Below are positions 56,429-64,000 of a DNA stretch of 64,000 nucleotides, piece after piece. This stretch comes from an uncultured Acidobacteriota bacterium (GTDB taxonomy: Bacteria > Acidobacteriota > Vicinamibacteria > Vicinamibacterales > CAVVIG01). Under the pieces are notes generated by a model, which worked only from the letters and a program-made list of their open reading frames with translations, was not told where the DNA came from and made no database searches. A program made the translations under genes and the position numbers. The stretch is taken from positions 449,203 to 513,202 of the forward strand of contig CAVUZL010000014.1 in NCBI GenBank assembly GCA_963745875.1, in the 5' to 3' direction. The first letter of the stretch is position 1. Every line of letters starts with the position of its first letter.

Positions 56429-57103
56429 CTAGGCGCCAAAGCGCCGAAGGAGCGCGGCTGCCTCGCGGTGATTTTTTTCGGTCGCCAGCGACAGCGCGGT
56501 CAATCCCTCGTTGTTCGCAGCGGCGACATCGGCGCCTTGCGCAACGAGCGCCTTGATGGAGTCGAGGTTGGCGTTTGCAGCGGCGAGGTGCAGCGGCCGC
56601 CAGCCCTGAGCGTCAGGGCCGTTGACGTCGGCGCCCGCACCGATGAGCAGGCCGGCGACGAGCTTGTGGTTGCCGGCAAGGGCGGCATGCAGCGGGGTGT
56701 TGCCGTTCGGGTTGCGAGAACGGGCGGATACGTCGGGATTGCGGGCCAGCAGCATCTCGACGATCTTCGCGTGACCGAAGAACGCCGCCAGATGCAGCGG
56801 CGTCCAGCCGTCACCGCTGTAGTGGCCGAGCGCGGCGGCATCGTCGGCCAGCAACCGTTCGACCCGTTCGACTTCGCCGGCGGCGCACGCTTCGAACAGC
56901 GACAACGCCGCGCCGCGGGCCACCAGGAGGTTCACTATTTCCTTTTGGCGATGGTAAACAGCGGTTAGGATCGCGCTTTCACCCGTTCGGCTGCGCGCGT
57001 CGATGAGCGTCGGATCGCCCGACACCATCGCCTTCACGCGTTCAAACTCACCAGCCTTAATCGCGTCAATGAAGGCGGCGCTACTGGAAGTGGCTTCCGG
57101 CAT
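56429..57103 (-). CDS. ankyrin-repeat protein
   Basis: Repeated ANK consensus: GWTPLHLAAFFGHAKIVEMLLARNPDV, GNTPLHAALAGNHKLVAGLLIGAGADVN, GWRPLHLAAANANLDSIKALVAQGADV. Confidence 0.9.
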   Translation of the reverse strand: MPEATSSSAAFIDAIKAGEFERVKAMVSGDPTLIDARSRTGESAILTAVYHRQKEIVNLLVARGAALSLFEACAAGEVERVERLLADDAAALGHYSGDGWTPLHLAAFFGHAKIVEMLLARNPDVSARSRNPNGNTPLHAALAGNHKLVAGLLIGAGADVNGPDAQGWRPLHLAAANANLDSIKALVAQGADVAAANNEGLTALSLATEKNHREAAALLRRFGA

Positions 57104-59597
57104 GCTCCGATTCTATCCCGCCCGGCCGGGCATGACAGGTTCGCTGACCGCGGGACTCGCCGCCTTGCTTCTCTTCAGCGGACGCGCAAACGCGCAGGCG
57201 CCACCGTCGACGCCGCCACCGGGGCCGATCGAGAAGCGGCCGCCGCTCGGCGCAACACTCACGGTCGATACCCTCGGCATTCTCCCTGTCGCCGGCAGCA
57301 TCTTCTCGCTCGCCGACACCGTCGTCCCGGACACGATCGTCGAACGGATCGAGCCCGGCGCCTCGAACCCGGGCTCGGCGGCGCGTGTGGGTGCGCACGG
57401 CAGTACCTGGACGCAGACCACCTTCCGCGTTGGCGATGTGGACATCACCAATCCGATCGGCAACGGCGCACCACTATTATTTCCAGGCGTCGAGTCGTGG
57501 GACAGCGTCGAGGTCGCGACCGGTCTGATGCCGATCGACGTCTCGGCGCCGGGCATGGCCGTGACGCTGATGCCGCGGCGGCCGGCATCGCAAGAATGGA
57601 TGCGGAGTCTGCAGTTCATCGGCTCGCCGCCGGCCTTCAACGCCGGCAGCTCCACGGCATCGCCGCCGGCGATCTCGCGGGTCAATTCGTGGGCGAACGC
57701 GGATCTGTTTCTGAGCGGACCGCTGGTGGCGGAAAAAGTCGGCGCGTTGCTGTCCGCCACGTGGACGCGCTCGACCCGGTTCGATCGCAGCGATCCGGTC
57801 ACGCTCAACAGCAGCCTGGCGTCCGTATTCTTCAACCTGGTCAGCACGCCAACCAAGGCGGACGAGGTTCGAATCGTCGGATGGGTGCAGCGCGCCCGCG
57901 ATGCGGCACCCAATGGCCTGGTGTACGGCCAACCGGATGCTGCGCAACACAACAGCGGGCTGCACCTGCAGAGTTCGTGGCAGCGCCTGCTGGGGAACGG
58001 CGATACCGGCGTGCGCGTTTTCGGCAGTTACACCATCGGCCGGCGATCGACCGACCTCCTGTCGCCTGGTTCAGTCGTCGCCGACAGCGTCACCGGCGTT
58101 CCGATTCCTGATCTCCTGAACCCTGGCGTCGGCGGCGATCACACCTGGACGTTCGGCGGACGGATAAACAAGTCCATTACCACCGGCGGCGGCACCAGGA
58201 ACGATGTCATGGTGGGCCTCGACTACACCGGCGCTTCGTCCACGAACCAGTCGATCCCACCGAGCCGGGTCGGTGAACTGGTGAACGGTATTCCGGCCCG
58301 CGTGTGGGACTTCACCGATCCTGTCGCGATCTCGCAGTGGCGTTCGTCCAACATCTCGTTTTTCGCGAGCGACACGGTCGAACTGCTGCCCAGCCTGACC
58401 ATCAACGCGGGATTCCGCTTCGAAGGCATCAACGGATCCGCGGAGGGTGGCGCGACCTCGATCAGCTGGCGCAACGTGATGCCGCGCGCCGGCTTTCACT
58501 GGGCGATGCTCGACTTCTGGCATCTTGCCGCCTTCGGTCAGTACGGGCAGTACGCGCACCGCCTGCCGCTTGCGGCACTTGCCTACGGCGACCCCGCCGC
58601 ACCAACCGCTGCCGTCTATCGATGGACGGCGACGACCGCAGGGTTGCCGCAGCCGGACACGATCGGTCCGCTGGTCGAACGCTGGGGGCCGGGAACCGGC
58701 GGCGACCCCTCCTTCTCCGCGATCGATCCAGGGCTGAAGCGGCCGGTCATGCACGAAGCCGTCCTCGGGTTCGAAGCGCACCCGCGACCCTCAGCGTTCT
58801 TGCGCCTCTCGGCGATCGGCCGGCGGGAAACCAACATCATGGGTGCGATCAACGTGGGCGTTCCGCTCTCGTCCTACACCACGGTCGCTGTCCCGGATCA
58901 GGGCGTGGACACGGTCGGCTCGGGCGACGATCAGACCTTGATCTTCTACAACCGCTCACCGGCCACGTTCGGTGGTGACCGCTACCTGCTGACCAACCCC
59001 GCCAATCCTGCTGGTGACGAATCGACCTTCGTCGGCGCGGAACTCGTCGGCCAATGGCGCCATCAGAACTTCTTCGCGATGGCCGGCATCACTGCCGGAC
59101 GGTCGGAGGAGATCGCCGGCAACCGCGGCTTTGGCCCGCTCGAGAACGATGAAGGCGTGCTCGGCGACGTTTACTCCAATCCCAACTCCGGAACCAATCC
59201 CGAAGGCCGCGTCTTCACCGAGCGCGGCTACACCATCAAGACCGCGCTCACTTACCTCTTCTCACACGACTGGTCGTTGAGCGCGATCGGCCGCTATCAG
59301 GATGGCCAGCATTTCGCGCGCATCGTCATCGAACCGGATCTGAATCAGGGCGCCGACTTCGCGCGCGCGTTCCGCAACGGCCGCACGCGCTTCACCTTCT
59401 CGATGACGGTGGACGCGCGGCTGCAGAAAACGTTCACCATCGCCGATCGCAAACTGACGGCGATGATCGACGCCTACAACCTGTTCAATCAATCGCTCGA
59501 GGTCGAGGAGGATTCGGTGACCGGACCCTCGTCACGCCTCACAACCGCAGTACAACCACCGCGCGTGCTGATGCTCGGTGTTCGCGTTCCGTTTTGA
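57102..59597 (+). CDS. TonB-dependent-receptor-like outer-membrane protein (plug plus large beta-barrel)
   Basis: Signal peptide MLRFYPARPGMTGSLTAGLAALLLFSGRANAQA. Plug-like region (HGSTWTQTTFRVGDVDITNP). A long beta-strand-rich body with C-terminus ...VLMLGVRVPF. The start could instead be ATG 57132. Confidence 0.75.
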   Translation: MLRFYPARPGMTGSLTAGLAALLLFSGRANAQAPPSTPPPGPIEKRPPLGATLTVDTLGILPVAGSIFSLADTVVPDTIVERIEPGASNPGSAARVGAHGSTWTQTTFRVGDVDITNPIGNGAPLLFPGVESWDSVEVATGLMPIDVSAPGMAVTLMPRRPASQEWMRSLQFIGSPPAFNAGSSTASPPAISRVNSWANADLFLSGPLVAEKVGALLSATWTRSTRFDRSDPVTLNSSLASVFFNLVSTPTKADEVRIVGWVQRARDAAPNGLVYGQPDAAQHNSGLHLQSSWQRLLGNGDTGVRVFGSYTIGRRSTDLLSPGSVVADSVTGVPIPDLLNPGVGGDHTWTFGGRINKSITTGGGTRNDVMVGLDYTGASSTNQSIPPSRVGELVNGIPARVWDFTDPVAISQWRSSNISFFASDTVELLPSLTINAGFRFEGINGSAEGGATSISWRNVMPRAGFHWAMLDFWHLAAFGQYGQYAHRLPLAALAYGDPAAPTAAVYRWTATTAGLPQPDTIGPLVERWGPGTGGDPSFSAIDPGLKRPVMHEAVLGFEAHPRPSAFLRLSAIGRRETNIMGAINVGVPLSSYTTVAVPDQGVDTVGSGDDQTLIFYNRSPATFGGDRYLLTNPANPAGDESTFVGAELVGQWRHQNFFAMAGITAGRSEEIAGNRGFGPLENDEGVLGDVYSNPNSGTNPEGRVFTERGYTIKTALTYLFSHDWSLSAIGRYQDGQHFARIVIEPDLNQGADFARAFRNGRTRFTFSMTVDARLQKTFTIADRKLTAMIDAYNLFNQSLEVEEDSVTGPSSRLTTAVQPPRVLMLGVRVPF

Positions 59598-59888
59598 GAT
59601 GACGGGACGGGAGGCCAAGTGCGCCTCCCGACGTGGGGGTGGGTAGTTTTTCATCCCGCAGAATGCGGAACGAGGCTGGCGCTCATTCATAGAGCAAGCG
59701 GTGTGCCGCCGAAAGTCAATGCGTAGCCTTCGATAATCCTGAATAAAACGGCCCATTTTTGATTGATGGGAGCCGATTGCTCACCGCCAGCTCGACCGCG
59801 ATGGGCAACGCGGTGCGCACATGTGGTCGCCGCGTCCATCGCGATCTGCTGGCGAATCAGCGGTTCGATCGGCACCGGGCGTCACTTC

Positions 59889-60314
59889 TCATCGCTCGGC
59901 GTTAATCACGGCTATCTCCTTCTCCATCTTTGCCGGCGTCAGCAGGATCTCCTGTTCATCGCCGGCGCCCGCCACGACCCTGGCCAGGAAATAGCGGCCG
60001 CCGAACTTGTCGAACACCAGGTGGGGCGTGGTAAACGGCTCGAGGGACGTTGCCGGCTGCGCCAGCGTCACCGCCGCGAAGCGTCCGTCGTCGCTCTCGA
60101 CTGACATCACCCCGGTTACGTCGACGACGCTCTGCACGAGATAGTCGCCCGCCGGCATGACGGTCTCGCCAACGATGAAGTCGAACGGAACCTTGGCGGC
60201 CACTCGCGTTTGCGCGCTGGCGATCGACACACCGGCCGCGCTCATCACCAAGACTGCGGCCATCACACGTGCCGCCCTTCTGCTCATCCTGATCGTGTTG
60301 CTCATCCTCTTCAT
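59889..60314 (-). CDS. small secreted hypothetical protein
   Basis: Signal peptide RVMAAVLVMSAAGVSIASAQ, then AKVPFDFIVGETVMPAGDYLV.... Start chosen at ATG 60314 (the ORF is open to 60611). Confidence 0.6.
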   Translation of the reverse strand: MKRMSNTIRMSRRAARVMAAVLVMSAAGVSIASAQTRVAAKVPFDFIVGETVMPAGDYLVQSVVDVTGVMSVESDDGRFAAVTLAQPATSLEPFTTPHLVFDKFGGRYFLARVVAGAGDEQEILLTPAKMEKEIAVINAER

Positions 60315-60721
60315 GACCTGCCTCACTCTCCTTCGGCGCTGGCTCTCAATCAGGTTCGACGGAGCACAGTTGAACGAGTTGCGACCGGGTGGTGACACGC
60401 TCGTGACGCGATGTCTCGCCGTGTGTGCGCGAGCGGCGCGCGACGATTTCTTCACGCCCTCCTGATGCTCACGCTCGTGCTCGATTGGGGACACGACGAC
60501 ATCGTTCGGCGACACGTCAATGCGCACAAAGCGGGCGCGGCATTCAACTCCATTCGCCATTGCTGGCGTCGGCGGCTCGCGGCGCCCTGGCACATCGGTT
60601 GCGGAATTCACGAGTGAGCAGTTGATCCCGCGACGTCACGTCTCGTCTCCGGAAGTCAGTGCGATCGCACTCCTGACGAAATGTTGTCGAACTGCTTATG
60701 GCTGCGCGGGCGGAGGACGGT

Positions 60722-61390
60722 ATGCGATCGATCGTGATGGCGGCAACACTGACACTTCTCTCAGCGGCGCCGTTGCTGGCGCAATCCGAACGCGGCTACC
60801 TGAACGGAGCCGGCGGCTTCGCCACGACGTCGGAGACGACCACCGGCGACTACCTCATCGAGGGCGGCTGGCGGATCGCGCCGAACCTGATGGTGTTCGG
60901 CAACTTCGGCCAGTACCACAACCTGCAGCCGTCCGATGCGCAGCCGGCCGTCGACACCACCACTGGACTGCTGTCCACCAGTCTCGGCCTCACCGTCACC
61001 GGCACCGCTCGCGTGCCGGCGGTGTACTCGGTCGGCGGTCTGCGCTACCAGATTCCGATGTCGTCACATTTCACGCCGTACGTCCTCGGCGGCGTCGGGT
61101 TCGCGCATCTCTCGCCCACTGCAGACTTCACGTTCGCGAGCGGCACCGGGACGCTGCCGGACGGCAGCACGCCCACGACCGGCGCCAACGTCACCGCGGC
61201 TCTGGTCAGCGCCGGCGACTTTACCGCGCCGCCATCATCGACAGCTTTCATGTACACGCTCGGCGGCGGTGTGCAGGTGCCCGTGGCGGCGCACTGGGCG
61301 GCGGACATCGGCTACCGCTTCTCGCGCATCGAGGCCGAGGACCCGTTGAACGCACAGGGCCTCACGTTCGGGTTTGGCTACCGCTTCTAA
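60722..61390 (+). CDS. small outer-membrane beta-barrel protein (OmpA-like barrel / porin family)
   Basis: Signal peptide MRSIVMAATLTLLSAAPLLAQS, alternating beta-strands and a terminal GLTFGFGYRF. Confidence 0.78.
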   Translation: MRSIVMAATLTLLSAAPLLAQSERGYLNGAGGFATTSETTTGDYLIEGGWRIAPNLMVFGNFGQYHNLQPSDAQPAVDTTTGLLSTSLGLTVTGTARVPAVYSVGGLRYQIPMSSHFTPYVLGGVGFAHLSPTADFTFASGTGTLPDGSTPTTGANVTAALVSAGDFTAPPSSTAFMYTLGGGVQVPVAAHWAADIGYRFSRIEAEDPLNAQGLTFGFGYRF

Positions 61391-61405
61391 ACAAGGAGAC
61401 TCGTC

Positions 61406-61903
61406 ATGTACACCATCGCGCTCGTTCTGACGCTCGCCCTCGGGGCGCCGCCGGATCTTTTTTTGATTCAAACGGATCTTCAAGGGCTGTACGACGAGAT
61501 CAGCCAGGCCGTGCTCCAGTTCGCCACGACCCAGGATGCCGACCAGTTTTACGAAGTGCTCTACACGCCGGACTGGGCCTTCGTGGATGCCGCGGGCCAG
61601 CGGCACGCGTGGCCGGAAGTGCGCGAACAGATCATGCACGCCGCGCCGGTTGACTCGACCGAACAGCCGATCCAGAAACTCGCGCTGGTACCGGGCGGGG
61701 CGGTCACTACGGTCAAGGCGTCAACCACCCGCGCCATCGTGGACACCGAAGGCCGCTACGGAAAGCGTGGCGAGTCGCACACGCTCGACGAGACGATTAC
61801 GTACCGAGACACCTGGGTCCAGGTCGGCGATCAGTGGAAGCTGAAGCTCAGGGAGCAGATCGGGCCGCCCAAGATACACATCGACCCGTCGATTTACGAC
61901 TGA
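61406..61903 (+). CDS. hypothetical protein, NTF2/SnoaL-like by pattern
   Basis: 165-aa ORF 15 nt after the barrel gene, with a GGAGAC motif upstream. The pattern FYEVLYTPDWAFVDAAGQ ... YRDTWVQVGDQWKL is typical of DUF4440/SnoaL-like folds. The assignment is tentative. Confidence 0.55.
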   Translation: MYTIALVLTLALGAPPDLFLIQTDLQGLYDEISQAVLQFATTQDADQFYEVLYTPDWAFVDAAGQRHAWPEVREQIMHAAPVDSTEQPIQKLALVPGGAVTTVKASTTRAIVDTEGRYGKRGESHTLDETITYRDTWVQVGDQWKLKLREQIGPPKIHIDPSIYD

Positions 61904-61978
61904 TCGCGAGGCCCGCGACGAGCGCCGCGTCGTTCTTTTTCCAGCGGCGCCGACGCATGTTTTCGCGCACAATTCGTC

Positions 61979-63103
61979 GTGATGAAGATATGGACGTCTC
62001 TCGCCATCGCGCTGGTGCTGACCGCGGCGCGTCCCGCTGCCGCGCAAACCGCGGCGCCGCACGCCGCCGAGCATCACGAGTTCGTGATCGACAACTTTCA
62101 CACCGAAAGCGGCGTGACGCTCCCCAAAGCGCGCGTCGTCTACGGCACGTATGGCCGCCTGAATGCTGCGCGCGACAACGTCGTACTGCTGCCGTCGCAC
62201 TACATGGCGAACCACCATGGCTACGAGTGGCTGATCGGTCCGGGACGTGCGCTCGATCCGGCGACGCTGTTCCTGGTTGCGACCGAGCTGTTCGGCAACG
62301 GCTTCTCGTCGTCGCCGAGCAACACCCCGGAGCCATTTCACGGTCCGCGCTTTCCAGTCATGACGATTCGGGACAACGTGGACGCGGTCCACCGCCTGCT
62401 GGTCGAGGATCTCAAGGTCACCCACGTGCGCGCCATCATCGGCTTCTCGATGGGCGCGGAGCAGGCCTTTCAATGGGCCGTGAGCTATCCGGCGTTCGCA
62501 GATCGCATCGTCGCCACCTCAGGTACGGCTAAAGCGTGGCCGCACGGCATCGTCCGCCTCGAGGGTCAGATCGCGGCGCTTACGACCGACCCGGCGTTCA
62601 AGGGCGGCGATTACACGGAGCAACCGAAGAAAGGAATCGAAGCGTACGGCATGGTGTGGCTCGGCTGGCTCTATTCGCAGGAATGGTGGCGGCGCGAGCT
62701 CTGGAAAACCACCGCACCCGATCGAACCCTCGAGCAGGAGATCGAAAGCCGGCGCAAGACGTTCTTCGCGAACAACGATGCCAACGACCTGATTCTGCAG
62801 GCGCGCACCTGGCAGAGGCACGACGTCGGAACCACGCCCGGCTTCAACGGCGACGTCGAGCGGGCGCTCCGGTCGATTCAGGTCCCGGTCTTGTACATGC
62901 CGTCGGAAACCGACCTCTACTTTCCGGTCAGTGATGCGAGGTTCGAAGCGCAATTCATCCCGCAGGTGTCGCTGCTGCCGATTCCGTCGTTGTGGGGCCA
63001 TCCGGCCGGCGCCGGCGGCAACCCGGCCGATCGCGCGTTTCTCAACGACAACATCGGACGTTTCCTCGCCGGCGGCGCAGTCGGCGGTCCGCCCAGGCCA
63101 TAG
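61979..63103 (+). CDS. secreted alpha/beta hydrolase (homoserine O-acetyltransferase-like fold)
   Basis: Signal peptide. VVLLPSHYMANHH ... nucleophile elbow IIGFSMGAEQAFQWA ... LYMPSETDLYFP ... WGHPAG. Confidence 0.8.
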   Translation: MMKIWTSLAIALVLTAARPAAAQTAAPHAAEHHEFVIDNFHTESGVTLPKARVVYGTYGRLNAARDNVVLLPSHYMANHHGYEWLIGPGRALDPATLFLVATELFGNGFSSSPSNTPEPFHGPRFPVMTIRDNVDAVHRLLVEDLKVTHVRAIIGFSMGAEQAFQWAVSYPAFADRIVATSGTAKAWPHGIVRLEGQIAALTTDPAFKGGDYTEQPKKGIEAYGMVWLGWLYSQEWWRRELWKTTAPDRTLEQEIESRRKTFFANNDANDLILQARTWQRHDVGTTPGFNGDVERALRSIQVPVLYMPSETDLYFPVSDARFEAQFIPQVSLLPIPSLWGHPAGAGGNPADRAFLNDNIGRFLAGGAVGGPPRP

Positions 63104-63137
63104 TTGACAACGACGCGGAGAGGACGAAAATTGGCCT

Positions 63138-64000
63138 ATGCGCAATCAGCCCCTGGCCGCTTTCGTCGGATCCATCACCGCGGCGATCGCGGCCGCGGCG
63201 TTCGCCTCGACATCGCTGGTCGCCCAGGCGCCTGGTGCGCCGGCGCCGAAGGCGCCGGCCCGGCCATACGTCGCGCCGCGCACACCGGATGGGCATCCCG
63301 ACATTCAGGGCGTCTACGACGTCGCGACGATGACGCCGGTCGAGCGGCCGAGCGGCGTGAATCTGATCCTGACCGAGAAGGAAGCGGCGGCCCTCGAACA
63401 GTACGAAGCCGATCGCCAGGTGAAAAACGACGCGCCGCTCAAGGGCGATCGCGAGGCGCCACCGGTGGGAGGCGACACCTCCCCGACCAAGTCCTATCTC
63501 GAAGTGCTCGAACGCGCCGGCGGCGGTGTGGTCGGCGGCTATAACAATTTCTGGCTGGCCGGCGGCACCAAGATGATCATCGTCGACGGTCAGAAGCGGA
63601 GCTCGCTGGTCGTCGATCCCATCGACGGCAGGGTCCCGGCGATGAAGCCGGAAGCGCGGCGACGAAACGCGGCGTTTCTCGCCGGTGCGGTGGCACCGGA
63701 CGCCGCCGAAGGCGCTGCATCGGGACCTCCCGGAGCGTTCGACGGTCCGGAACTGCGGCCGCTCGCCGAACGCTGCCTGCTCGGGTTCGGCTCGACGTCG
63801 GGACCGCCGACACTGCCCAACTACTTCTACAACAACCTCAAGCAGATCGTGCAGACGCCGACCTCGGTGATGATCCTCAACGAGATGGTGCACGACGCGC
63901 GCGTGATCCGGATCGGTGGACCGCACCTGCCGCCGACGATCAGGAAGTGGATGGGCGATTCGGTCGCTCACTGGGACGGCGACAGCCTGGTGATCGACAC
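63138..64000 (+). CDS. secreted hypothetical protein, 3'-truncated by the window edge (not in the ORF track)
   Basis: My own translation from ATG 63138: MRNQPLAAFVGSITAAIAAAAFASTSLVAQAPG...PDGHPDIQGVYDV...NYFYNNLKQIVQTPTSVMILNEMVHDARVIRIGGPHLPPTIRKWMGDSVAHWDGDSLVID. It is open to the end of the window, and GGAGAGGA lies about 14 nt upstream. Confidence 0.7.
   Translation, partial: MRNQPLAAFVGSITAAIAAAAFASTSLVAQAPGAPAPKAPARPYVAPRTPDGHPDIQGVYDVATMTPVERPSGVNLILTEKEAAALEQYEADRQVKNDAPLKGDREAPPVGGDTSPTKSYLEVLERAGGGVVGGYNNFWLAGGTKMIIVDGQKRSSLVVDPIDGRVPAMKPEARRRNAAFLAGAVAPDAAEGAASGPPGAFDGPELRPLAERCLLGFGSTSGPPTLPNYFYNNLKQIVQTPTSVMILNEMVHDARVIRIGGPHLPPTIRKWMGDSVAHWDGDSLVID

Noticed and set aside
1-64000. 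CRISPR arrays, rRNA genes, transposases/integrases, prophage or known defence-system genes
   Set aside because: I scanned the ORF track and the intergenic regions and found no spaced direct-repeat array, no recombinase-like ORF and no rRNA-like sequence.

Overview
The window is a visibly GC-rich bacterial chromosomal segment (GC not computed). It is densely packed with about 55 protein-coding genes on both strands. I found no rRNA, intact tRNA, CRISPR array, transposase or integrase. Gene content suggests a soil Acidobacteriota-like organism, but that is inference only: PadR regulators with coupled membrane partners, many Sec-dependent unknown proteins, plug-type outer-membrane receptors, and a Ser/Thr kinase relic. 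Recognisable modules are listed below.
- A bphO-bphP-response regulator photosensory operon (254-3744, minus strand).
- A PadR-TolC-RND-adaptor efflux operon (9623-15708).
- A YciI plus extended ECF sigma factor pair.
- mgtA, and a USP / eRF1-like / USP / response regulator cluster.
- A tightly packed five-gene envelope operon of unknown function (25515-30926), with a divergent secreted gene pair.
- OsmC, a PQQ dehydrogenase with an AraC regulator, and a CusF-like protein carrying three degenerate heavy-metal-binding repeats.
- An amidohydrolase and a TMEM175-like channel.
- Mug glycosylase, a SAM methyltransferase and an EVE-domain protein.
- A second RND pump with no adaptor gene, then an M19 dipeptidase, an MFS transporter, glgB and an amidase.
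- Two cyclophilins flanking a PhzF-like gene, an ankyrin protein, outer-membrane barrels and an alpha/beta hydrolase.

The observations most worth a second look are these.
1. Five otherwise intact genes (TolC-like, mgtA, an outer-membrane barrel, PQQ dehydrogenase, glgB) are each split by a net +1 nucleotide insertion.
2. A REP/REPIN-like family (GTAG/GTGG head plus GC hairpin) occurs at four intergenic loci.
3. Two AT-richer palindromes have arms built from short tandem repeats.
4. A tRNA-Ser(GGA)-like relic is flanked by 11-nt-period direct repeats inside a 715-nt non-coding gap.
5. The uncharacterised envelope operon has a 530-nt structured divergent leader.
6. Three divergent gene pairs have start codons that overlap on a CATG.

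All functional calls rest on motif recognition by eye, and no database search was run.
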